From contig JBKAGE010000034.1 of the NCBI GenBank assembly GCA_046290225.1, forward strand, positions 192,001-256,000: a stretch of 64,000 nt of DNA. Direction: 5' to 3'. Position 1 is the first letter of the stretch; each line of letters starts with the position of its first letter. The position numbers and the translations under genes are program-made. The stretch comes from Bradymonadia bacterium. Lineage in GTDB: Bacteria > Myxococcota_A > Bradymonadia > UBA7976 > UBA1532. Positions 19,393-27,625 of this stretch are shown piece after piece. The notes under the pieces are model-generated. The model searched no databases. It saw only the letters and a list, made by a program, of their open reading frames with translations, and was not told where the DNA came from.

Positions 19393-19851
19393 ATGGACGC
19401 CGAAGCCCTCGATCTGCTCCGTCGCAGCCTCGCCCTCACCCTCGACACCGAGGGCCGCTGGCTGCACGAGGGCGCCCACTTCGACAACCAGCGCATCGCC
19501 GATCTGTTCAGCAGGGGCATCGACCTGCACCCCGAGACCCAGGAGGCGGTGGTCCACATCGGCAACCAGTGGGCCTACTTCACCCCCGTCGATGAGCCGT
19601 ACATCGCTCTCCGGCTGATCTTCGGCGATGGCACCCTCGAGGCCGAGCTGAACACGTTCAGCACCGTCCCGCTCGGGACCGACAGCTTGCTCTGCTCTGA
19701 AGAAGGGGTGATTTACGCGCGCCTGGACGAGCGGCGGGTGGCGCGGTTGTCACGGCGGGCCCACGCTCAGCTCACCGACGTCGTCGAGGAGACCGAGGCG
19801 GGCCCTGTGGTGCAGGTCGGCGACCAGGTGTGGCCGATCAACGAGCGCTGA
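19393..19851 (+). CDS. DUF1285-like protein
   Basis: LDTEGRWLHEG...RIADLF...DEPYIA...ARLSRRA; ATG 19393 after GGAG. Confidence 0.65.
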   Translation: MDAEALDLLRRSLALTLDTEGRWLHEGAHFDNQRIADLFSRGIDLHPETQEAVVHIGNQWAYFTPVDEPYIALRLIFGDGTLEAELNTFSTVPLGTDSLLCSEEGVIYARLDERRVARLSRRAHAQLTDVVEETEAGPVVQVGDQVWPINER

Positions 19852-20479
19852 ACTTTATCTGCTTCGAGAAGGCCGAACTCTGCCCGGACTTGATGTCGAG
19901 GCTGCCATGCAGTCGCTCGATGGCCAGGGTGTCGCCGGTGCCTTCCTTCCCCTTGCCCACCACCACCTTCATGGCCGAGGCGTTGGCAATGCTGGGCGCA
20001 TCGGGGAGCGGCATGAAGGTCATCTCCAGCACATTGTCCCCCGTGACCACCTGACCCGTGAGCTCGATGACGTGTTGCGCCTGCTTGCCGCTGAAGTCAC
20101 TCACGGTCTCACCATTGAGGGTGGTCTTCACTCGGTAGTGGCCCGTGAGCGGTACGTCGACCACCATCCAGTGGCGCCCGCTGGCCTTAAGGGCGGTCTG
20201 AGCCGCTGAAGCATTCGCCTCCCCAGCGTTTTCCAGCACCTGCACCTGAAACCCGGGCGCGGTGATGTGCACGTTACCTTCGGAGTCGAAGTGCACCTCG
20301 ACGTTCTTGAAGTTGCGATCAGTGAGGGCGCCCCCCACCTTGACCTTGTTGAGGTAGATCTCCTGCCCGAGGGCCACACCCGAGATCAATGTCGCCGCCA
20401 ATACGAGCCCTGCGAGTGGCCACAGCCTCAGCGGAGTGGCTTGGGATGTGCTCAGTGAAGTTCGACCGATGATTGACAC
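19838..20479 (-). CDS. Exported beta-rich hypothetical protein
   Basis: Signal peptide ending VALG; GGAGG RBS; host codon usage. Confidence 0.7.
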   Translation of the reverse strand: MSIIGRTSLSTSQATPLRLWPLAGLVLAATLISGVALGQEIYLNKVKVGGALTDRNFKNVEVHFDSEGNVHITAPGFQVQVLENAGEANASAAQTALKASGRHWMVVDVPLTGHYRVKTTLNGETVSDFSGKQAQHVIELTGQVVTGDNVLEMTFMPLPDAPSIANASAMKVVVGKGKEGTGDTLAIERLHGSLDIKSGQSSAFSKQIKFSAR

Positions 20480-20558
20480 CTGCGCCTCCTGAGATTTAGG
20501 TGGTCATAACTGTCTGTAGGTTATCCCACCTTAACATACCTTCTAGGAGGAGGCCCCA

Positions 20559-21422
20559 TTGACCCAGGGACGCATCACCGAGCGTGGCTTCGTGGACTCC
20601 GCCGACGGCACCCGGCTCTTCTACGAGCGTGACCTGCACCCCGAGCCCAAGGCCGTGGTGTTCATCGTGCACGGGTTCCTCGAGCACTGTGGCCGCTACG
20701 CCGAGGTCGCTGACCGTTTGGTGAAGCTGGGTCTGAGCGTGGTCCGGTTCGACTACCGCGGCCATGGCCAGTCCGGCGGCAAGCGGGGGCACTGCATGTC
20801 CTTCGACGAGTACCTCGCTGATCTCCGGGCGGTGATCGAGGGTATGGCCTCCGATCTCGATCCGACGCTGCCTCGGCTGGTGATCTGCCACAGCTATGGT
20901 GGCCTCATCACGCTGCACGCCCTCGCCCAGGGCCTCGGCGACTTCCAGGCGGCGGTCTTCAGCTCGCCCTTCTTCGGCTTCGCCATCAAGGTGCCCAAGA
21001 TCAAAACCATGGCGGGGAAGATGCTCAGCGGCGTCGTGCCGGGCCTGAGCCTGCCTGCGGGCCTGCCGCCGGAGACGGTGAGCAGCAACCCGGAGATCGT
21101 TTCCCGCTACGGAGAAGATCCTCTGGTGGGCACGCACGCCACCGCCCGCTGGCTCACCGAAACCCTCGCCGCCCACGATCGCACGCACGACCTTGCGGCG
21201 CAGATCAAGGTGCCGGTGCTGATGCAGCAAGGGGGCACCGACAAGGTGGCCTCCGCTGAGGCAACAGAGTCGGTCTTCAAGGCCCTCGGCAACCCCGACG
21301 CCGCCACCTATCAACGCTTCGAGCCCCTCTATCATGAGATCTGGAACGAGGTGCAGCGCGACGAGCCCTTGTCGAAGATGGAGGCCTGGTTGCTCGATCA
21401 CCTGCCCGAGGCGAAGGGCTGA
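20559..21422 (+). CDS. Lysophospholipase-like alpha/beta hydrolase
   Basis: HGFLEH, DYRGHGQSGG, nucleophile elbow CHSYGG, D(KV), YHEIWNE; AGGAGG RBS. Confidence 0.9.
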   Translation: MTQGRITERGFVDSADGTRLFYERDLHPEPKAVVFIVHGFLEHCGRYAEVADRLVKLGLSVVRFDYRGHGQSGGKRGHCMSFDEYLADLRAVIEGMASDLDPTLPRLVICHSYGGLITLHALAQGLGDFQAAVFSSPFFGFAIKVPKIKTMAGKMLSGVVPGLSLPAGLPPETVSSNPEIVSRYGEDPLVGTHATARWLTETLAAHDRTHDLAAQIKVPVLMQQGGTDKVASAEATESVFKALGNPDAATYQRFEPLYHEIWNEVQRDEPLSKMEAWLLDHLPEAKG

Positions 21423-21425
21423 AGC

Positions 21426-22349
21426 ATGCTGCTGGCCTTCGACGGTGTACGTAAGGCCTTCGGTGGCACCCAGGCCCTCAACGGCGTCTCCGCCCAGGTG
21501 GACGGCAGGGCCATCGGTCTCCTCGGGCCCAACGGCGCTGGCAAGACCACCCTTATGCGCGTCTGCCTCGGGCTCATCGGCGTCGACGCCGGCAGCGTTC
21601 GGGTGCTCGGCGAAGATGTACTTGCTGATCCAGTGTCGATCCGGCGCCGGCTGGGCTTTGCCGCCGAAGGTCCTGAGCGCTTGCCTGGCCTCTCGGGCCT
21701 GGAGTCGGTGGCCCTCGCCGCCGAGTTATGCGGCCTCTCTCGACGCAAGGCCCTACTCCGTGCACACGAGATGCTGGATCTGGTGGGCCTCGACGAGGCC
21801 CGACATCGGCCCGTGGAGTCGTACAGCACGGGCATGCATCAGCGGGTGAAGGTGGCCATGGCTCTGGTACATGATCCCGAGCTGTTGTTGCTCGACGAGC
21901 CCACCAGCGGTCTCGACCCGGAGAGCCGGGACGGCCTGCTCGACCTCGTGGTGCACCTGCGAGATCACGGCGGGCCCGCCATCGTGTTGTCCACCCACCT
22001 GCTCCACGATGTCGAACGCACCTGCGACACCTGCATGATCATGACCGCCGGGCAGGTCCGGTACGCGGGGCCTCTTGAGGAGCTGCAGGGTCGACACCCC
22101 AGCCGCCTCGAAGTCCGCTTCGACGGCCCCCCTGGCTGGACCGATCTGCTGGTGGCTGAGGGGGCCCGAGTGGAAGTTGGCCGCCGGCCTGACGAGATTT
22201 TTCTGCACCTTGGGCCCGCCCTGGCCCTCGACGCGGTCTGGCAGGCGGCAAAGGCTCAGGGCGTGCGCATCTGGCACCTGGCCCATCGCGCCGTGAGCCT
22301 CGAAGAGATCTTCATGCAGGCCATTCACGAGGGGGCTGATCATGCGTGA
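21426..22349 (+). CDS. ABC transporter ATP-binding protein
   Basis: GPNGAGKTT, YSTGM, LLLLDEP, H-loop. Confidence 0.93.
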   Translation: MLLAFDGVRKAFGGTQALNGVSAQVDGRAIGLLGPNGAGKTTLMRVCLGLIGVDAGSVRVLGEDVLADPVSIRRRLGFAAEGPERLPGLSGLESVALAAELCGLSRRKALLRAHEMLDLVGLDEARHRPVESYSTGMHQRVKVAMALVHDPELLLLDEPTSGLDPESRDGLLDLVVHLRDHGGPAIVLSTHLLHDVERTCDTCMIMTAGQVRYAGPLEELQGRHPSRLEVRFDGPPGWTDLLVAEGARVEVGRRPDEIFLHLGPALALDAVWQAAKAQGVRIWHLAHRAVSLEEIFMQAIHEGADHA

Positions 22350-23253
22350 TCAAATCCACGCCGTGGGCTACCGACCGCTCGAGGGTCGAGACACACGCTT
22401 TGTGCCCTGGCCCATCGCCCGCACAGCCCTCACCCTCGCCTGGCGTCGTCGCGCCACCAAGGGGGCCCTGCTCTTGTGCCTGGTGGTCTTCTTCGGCCAC
22501 GCCCTGTACCTCGTCGGTCGCATGATGGCCATGGAGTACAGCATGAACTTCAACGCCGGCCTCGGCGCTCAGATGATGCTGTACAGCGTGCTCGGTCAGA
22601 CGCAAGAGGTCCTGGCCACCTTCCTGCACACGCAGTTCCTCGCAACGGCCTTGTGCATCGCCGTGGTGGGTGGGGGGCTGGTGGCCGACGACATCAAGGC
22701 AGGGGCTTTCGAACTGTATTTTGCCCGACCCATCCACCGGCGGACCTACGCCGCGGGCAAGCTGCTGGCGGCGGCCACCATTCCGGTGGTCACCATCCTG
22801 GTCCCCTTCTGCGCACTGTGGTTGATCGCCGTGGGCATCAGCCCCGAGGGCCAGCGGGAGTCGCTGTGGTGGTTGATCCTGCCCGGCCTGGGCGGGGGCC
22901 TGCTCGCCACAGCGATGCTGGCGTGCTCGCTGGTGGGCTTGAGCGCCCTCGGAGAGCGCGGGCGTACTGTGGGCGTGGTCTTTGTGGTGGCGCTCTTCGC
23001 CCTCTCGGGGCTCGCCGAGGGCCTCACCGATGCAGGCTTCGAGTGGGCGGGCTATTTGTCCCCCCAACGCAACGTGAGCACCATCGCCAAGTCTCTGCTC
23101 GACGTAAGCTTCACGAGCAGCATCACCGACATGCTTCAGCCCCACAACGTCGGGGTGAACCCCTCAGCATTGCCGTCGGCGCTGTCGCTCCTCGCCTTCA
23201 TCCTCGCCGGCCTCGGCGCCCTCGCAGCGCGTCTGCGAAAGGTGGCTGCATGA
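22342..23253 (+). CDS. ABC-2 type permease
   Basis: About 6 TM segments; DIKAGAFELYFARPIHRRTYAAGK. Confidence 0.85.
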   Translation: MRDQIHAVGYRPLEGRDTRFVPWPIARTALTLAWRRRATKGALLLCLVVFFGHALYLVGRMMAMEYSMNFNAGLGAQMMLYSVLGQTQEVLATFLHTQFLATALCIAVVGGGLVADDIKAGAFELYFARPIHRRTYAAGKLLAAATIPVVTILVPFCALWLIAVGISPEGQRESLWWLILPGLGGGLLATAMLACSLVGLSALGERGRTVGVVFVVALFALSGLAEGLTDAGFEWAGYLSPQRNVSTIAKSLLDVSFTSSITDMLQPHNVGVNPSALPSALSLLAFILAGLGALAARLRKVAA

Positions 23254-23260
23254 AGGGGTC

Positions 23261-23297
23261 TGTCATGAGAGGCATGTCATGAGAGGCATGTTATGAG
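23261..23297 (+). repeat. 14-bp tandem repeat (TGTCATGAGAGGCA x2 plus partial) at the RBS/start of the second ABC ATPase
   Basis: tgtcatgagaggca tgtcatgagaggca tgttatgag. Confidence 0.85.
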
Positions 23298-24216
23298 CGC
23301 GCCCTTCATCGAGGTGAGCGGGGTCAGCAAGCTCTTTGGCCACATCAGGGCCCTCAACGAGGTGAGCTTTACGCTGGGTGCAGGCACCTTCGGCCTGTTG
23401 GGACCCAACGGATCGGGCAAGAGCACCCTCATGAAGCTCGTGTGCGGGCAGCTGAACCCGGACACGGGCGCGGTGAAGGTGCTGGGCCTCGACCCCTTCG
23501 AGCGACCCGAGATCTTCCGAGCCCTGGGCTTATGTCCCGAGCAGGATCGCTTTTACGAGGACATGACTGGGGTGCAGTTCGTCACGGCGCTCTGTCGCCT
23601 GCAAGGTGTCGGCGCCCGAGACGCCCGTAAGATGGCCGAGCGCGCCCTGGAGCGGGTGGGCATGTCCGCCCACGGGAAAAAGCAGCTCAGGGCCATGAGT
23701 CGCGGCATGCGACAGCGCATCAAGATCGCTCAGGCCGTGGCCCACGATCCGCAAGTGGTGCTCCTCGACGAGCCCCTGACCGGTGCTGATCCCGTGGCCC
23801 GAGCTGATCTCATCAAGCTGGTGCAGAGCCTCGGCGCCGAGGGCCGTTGCGTGCTGGTGTCGAGCCACGTGCTCCACGAGGTGGAAGCGATGACGCATCA
23901 GGTACTGCTCCTGCGAGAAGGCCGACTGCGTGCCCAGGGCGATATTTTCAAGCTGCGGCGCCTGCTCACAGATCGGCCCTATCGCATTCAGGTCGAAGTG
24001 GCTGATCCGCGCCGTCTGGCTGCAAGGCTGCTCAACGCAGATATTTTCACTTCGGTCACCCTGCTCGGCGATGACGCCATGGAGCTGACGACGGTGGACC
24101 TCGATGCAGCAGTGAGCGCCTTGCCCGAAGCCGCAGCGGCCCTGGGTGTCACCGTGAAACGACTCAGCTCTCCCGATGCAGATCTCGAGAGCGTGTATCG
24201 GTATTTGATCAGATGA
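23293..24216 (+). CDS. ABC transporter ATP-binding protein
   Basis: GPNGSGKST, MSRGM, VLLDEP. Confidence 0.93.
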   Translation: MSAPFIEVSGVSKLFGHIRALNEVSFTLGAGTFGLLGPNGSGKSTLMKLVCGQLNPDTGAVKVLGLDPFERPEIFRALGLCPEQDRFYEDMTGVQFVTALCRLQGVGARDARKMAERALERVGMSAHGKKQLRAMSRGMRQRIKIAQAVAHDPQVVLLDEPLTGADPVARADLIKLVQSLGAEGRCVLVSSHVLHEVEAMTHQVLLLREGRLRAQGDIFKLRRLLTDRPYRIQVEVADPRRLAARLLNADIFTSVTLLGDDAMELTTVDLDAAVSALPEAAAALGVTVKRLSSPDADLESVYRYLIR

Positions 24217-24959
24217 GCCACCCACGCACACCCACGCCGCTGTCCTTTGCCCAACAGCTGTCCGCAGCGACCTTCTGGGCCACGCTGCACCTCAAGCGTC
24301 AGCTGAGTCACCGTCGCTTCTGGCTCTGGGCCTGGGGCCTCGGGGCGCTGCTCCTGACCCTCAAGGGCGCGACGCAGATCCCCCTCCCCGCCCTGGCGGC
24401 GCTGGCGCTGTTCTTGTTGATGCCCATGATTTGTCTGTTCTTCGGCGCCGGGGTGATCCGCGCCGACATCGACGACTCGACGCTCACGTATCCGTTCACT
24501 CGGCCGCTGGGGCGTCGCTGGATCTTCGGTGCCCGCTTTGCCGGGGCGCTGATTCTGGTCTGGCTCCTCGTGGTGCCCATGGGCATCATCTGCGCCCTGG
24601 ACGACCCGAGTTATATGGCGCCCTTCATCGCCACCACATTGCTCGGAGGGCTGGCCTACACGTCGCTCTTTGCGTTGTTGGGCGTGTGGGTGAAGTGGTC
24701 CACCTGGATCGGCCTGGGCTGGATTCTCTTGTGGGAGCAGGGGGTCAGCCTCGTGCCGGGCTTCCTCGGTCGCCTGGCCCTCGTGACGCACCTCAGGGCA
24801 GTGGCGCATCAGCCCGTGGCGGGGAACAGTCCCCTCGCCGCCCTCTGGGAGCCGCCCTCGATGACCCTGGCGTGGTCAGTGCTGCTGCTCGTACCGCTGG
24901 TGGCGATCTGGTTGTCGACGCGTCGGGTGCACCGAAAGGCCTTCGTCATTGCCCGTTGA
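24213..24959 (+). CDS. ABC-2 type permease
   Basis: About 6 TM segments; DIDDSTLTYPFTRPLGR; ATGA overlap. Confidence 0.85.
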   Translation: MSHPRTPTPLSFAQQLSAATFWATLHLKRQLSHRRFWLWAWGLGALLLTLKGATQIPLPALAALALFLLMPMICLFFGAGVIRADIDDSTLTYPFTRPLGRRWIFGARFAGALILVWLLVVPMGIICALDDPSYMAPFIATTLLGGLAYTSLFALLGVWVKWSTWIGLGWILLWEQGVSLVPGFLGRLALVTHLRAVAHQPVAGNSPLAALWEPPSMTLAWSVLLLVPLVAIWLSTRRVHRKAFVIAR

Positions 24960-25542
24960 TCAGTTGAGGGCCTGACGGGCGGCGGGGAGGCAGGGGCAGA
25001 TCACATGACAGTGGCTCGCCCACCTGCTCAGGGGGCAGCTCCGGCAACACACCTGCGCTCAGCTGGAAGTCTTCCTCGGCGGTGATGGGTGTCAGGTATT
25101 CCCCGAGGATGTCGCCTCGGTAGCACAGCCTGAAGAAGAAGACGTAGTCCTCGCCTGCGGTGAGGGCGCCGAGGGGAAACGTCATGGCCCGCGTCCGGCG
25201 ACCCGTGACGAAGATCTTGTCCTTCTCGGGCTCAGGCTCGCGCATCTGCTCGAAGGTAAAATCGACGACCGCATACCCGTCACGATCGACGACGCCATAC
25301 CGCCACTCCACAGGGGCGATGCCCTCTTCGTCTTCGAGGCCGAGGCCATAGCGATACTGGAAGTCGAGGCGCACCTCATCTGCGTTCACCGACCACTCAG
25401 TGTAGACCAGCTGATGAATCACTTCGCGAAAGTCAGGCCCCAACTCATCGTCGACGAATGCCCCGAGCAGCTCTTCGCTGCTACACCCGGCGAGCAGGGT
25501 GATCGTGAGTGTGATCCACAGGCGGGCAATACGACGCGTCAT
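24946..25542 (-). CDS. Hypothetical lipoprotein
   Basis: MTRRIARLWITLTITLLAGC canonical lipobox; GAGGGGAG RBS; start 25542 rather than 25686. Confidence 0.8.
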   Translation of the reverse strand: MTRRIARLWITLTITLLAGCSSEELLGAFVDDELGPDFREVIHQLVYTEWSVNADEVRLDFQYRYGLGLEDEEGIAPVEWRYGVVDRDGYAVVDFTFEQMREPEPEKDKIFVTGRRTRAMTFPLGALTAGEDYVFFFRLCYRGDILGEYLTPITAEEDFQLSAGVLPELPPEQVGEPLSCDLPLPPRRPSGPQLINGQ

Positions 25543-25771
25543 GATGTGCTCCCCTCGTCCCTCCCCCAAACATCGGCTCCGGGGGGCACAGGATGTAGAT
25601 GCAGTCTTCGGGCCAGGTGTCTCAAAAGTCTCAGTGGCCTCCACAAAGCCGCTGTTGCCTTCAATTACGAGACACCTGCGAAGCAACGCTCCGCAGAGAG
25701 GCGCCGAATTTCTGGATCACCAGAGGGGGAAAACGTCAGATCTCACAGGGTGTGTGGGAGAGGCGAGCGCT

Positions 25772-27625
25772 TCAGCGGACGGGGAGGATCTCTTCGAGGT
25801 AGGCGCGGTTGGCAGAGGTGAAGACTGCTCGGGGCGTGCCATCGATCTCGGCGCGCTCCTCGAAGGGGCGGTCTCCGCCACAATCCATGATCTGACTGTC
25901 GCCCGGGGCGTTGTGATACTGCCCACAGCCCGCCACCACGGGGAGCCCCAGGGAGTGACCGATCTCGTGGGTGACGGTGTTGCCGATCAGGTTGCCCAGC
26001 ACATACACCGCCTCTTCGATGGCTGCGTCTCGATCGCTGCCAGGGAACTCGTCGGCGCCGACAGGGTTGCTGATGATGGGGTTGAAGATCTCGTCGAAGC
26101 GCGGGCTCGACAGAGGGTTGTCGTTGCCCCGGGAGGGCGAGAGCTGCAGGAACGACTCCACGAAGATGCCTCCGAAGGCGCCGTTGCTGTCGGCGTTGCG
26201 CCCAGCGAGGTTGTCGTCGAGGCGCTGGTTGCAGTTGTCCAGACCCGGTGTGTTGTCGAGCCCGAAGAGCTGCGCGGCGTTGGGATCAGGGCCCCCCACC
26301 TCCACGATGCTGTAGGAGAGGTAGTCCGTGGGCTCGGTGATCCTGAATTCGATGTTGATGCCCTCATAATCCCGACGCAGCACGTTCATCACCCGGGTCT
26401 GAATCAGCCGGCTGACGTTGCGCAAGCCAAAGAGGCGCAGCGAGTCGGTGAAGGCGGGCAGGAACTTGATCCAAACCACCTGCCGGGTGGGCAGCACTTG
26501 GAACTGAATGGGGGTGGGCGTGCCCTCGATACGCTGGTTCGTCCACTCGACGATGGGGGTCACGGTGCCCTCGACCCGCCCGGGGACCGCGCCGAGATCA
26601 CCGCTGACGCACCGCCCGAGCTGCGTCTCGTAACGCACCGAATAGCTGATGCCGAGCTCAGTGCCCGAGAACCACACCGGCGCCAGCTCGATGCCCCCTG
26701 GGGGCAGATCGCTCACCTCACCGTCGAGAGGCTGGAATCGCCCGTCGAGGCGCACCGTGGTGGATCCTTGGTAGGGCCCGCCGACGAAGCCGTTCCCGAT
26801 GAGGGTGATCCGCTGACCGCGGCTGCTCTGCAAGGGGGAGACGTCCTGCACCACAGGGGGCAGGAGATCCCAGTTGAAGTCGATCCACTCGCTGAAGAGC
26901 GACCAGCCGTTGCCCTCGTTGATCACCCGCAGCCGACCTTCGAATTCTCCAGGGCGAATGCCCACCCAGGCGGGATCGAGCACCAGCTCGATCTCGTCGC
27001 GTTGCCATCTGTCCGCGAGGCGTTCTGGGGGCTCAGCGAGCTGGGACACCTCGTTCACCATCACGGTGCGCCCCTCGCCCTCAGGGCGGAACACACCCTC
27101 GATGTCGACGAGCGTGCGCCCCTCTGCCCCAGCGATGAAGCCCTGGCCCTGGATGGCGATGGGGCTCGCCGGGAACACAGCCACAGGCACCTGGGCGATG
27201 GTGGGCTGCAGATCACCCAACAGCTCGAAGCTCACTGGCAACGACTGACGCCCTTCGTCGGGGATGAGCCGCATGATCACCGAGAGCTGACCCTCGAAGA
27301 GGCCACCGATGGCCCCGTCGAGATCTGCAGGCGGCAGGATCATCGAGAGTCGAGTATCGGACAAATAGGTGGCGTCGGTGGTGAAGCTCAGCGGTATGCC
27401 GCTGACAGTCCCCTCGACGGTGACCTCATAGCTGGCGTCGGTGAGAAAGCCGCTGCCGGCGATGAAGACCTCACTGCCCGAAAGCACCTGATCGGCCTCA
27501 AGCCGATCGAGGGTGATGGGCAGCTCGGTGAAGAGGGTGCCTGGGGGGTTCGTGCCCGGGTCGGTGCTGCACGCGCCGAGCAACACCGCCATCAACAGCC
27601 CGATGCAGTACTTCACGGCAGACAC
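25772..27625 (-). CDS. Lipoprotein with IPT/TIG-like domains and C-terminal metzincin-like zinc protease
   Basis: LGAC lipobox; I-x-G-x-GF repeats; HEIGHSLGL followed by H and Met-turn-like QIMD. Confidence 0.8.
   Translation of the reverse strand: MSAVKYCIGLLMAVLLGACSTDPGTNPPGTLFTELPITLDRLEADQVLSGSEVFIAGSGFLTDASYEVTVEGTVSGIPLSFTTDATYLSDTRLSMILPPADLDGAIGGLFEGQLSVIMRLIPDEGRQSLPVSFELLGDLQPTIAQVPVAVFPASPIAIQGQGFIAGAEGRTLVDIEGVFRPEGEGRTVMVNEVSQLAEPPERLADRWQRDEIELVLDPAWVGIRPGEFEGRLRVINEGNGWSLFSEWIDFNWDLLPPVVQDVSPLQSSRGQRITLIGNGFVGGPYQGSTTVRLDGRFQPLDGEVSDLPPGGIELAPVWFSGTELGISYSVRYETQLGRCVSGDLGAVPGRVEGTVTPIVEWTNQRIEGTPTPIQFQVLPTRQVVWIKFLPAFTDSLRLFGLRNVSRLIQTRVMNVLRRDYEGINIEFRITEPTDYLSYSIVEVGGPDPNAAQLFGLDNTPGLDNCNQRLDDNLAGRNADSNGAFGGIFVESFLQLSPSRGNDNPLSSPRFDEIFNPIISNPVGADEFPGSDRDAAIEEAVYVLGNLIGNTVTHEIGHSLGLPVVAGCGQYHNAPGDSQIMDCGGDRPFEERAEIDGTPRAVFTSANRAYLEEILPVR

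Noticed and set aside
25614..25678. 10-bp inverted repeat CAGGTGTCTC/GAGACACCTG in a 230-bp intergenic region
   Set aside because: Single short stem with a long loop; could be chance; no recognisable RNA family.
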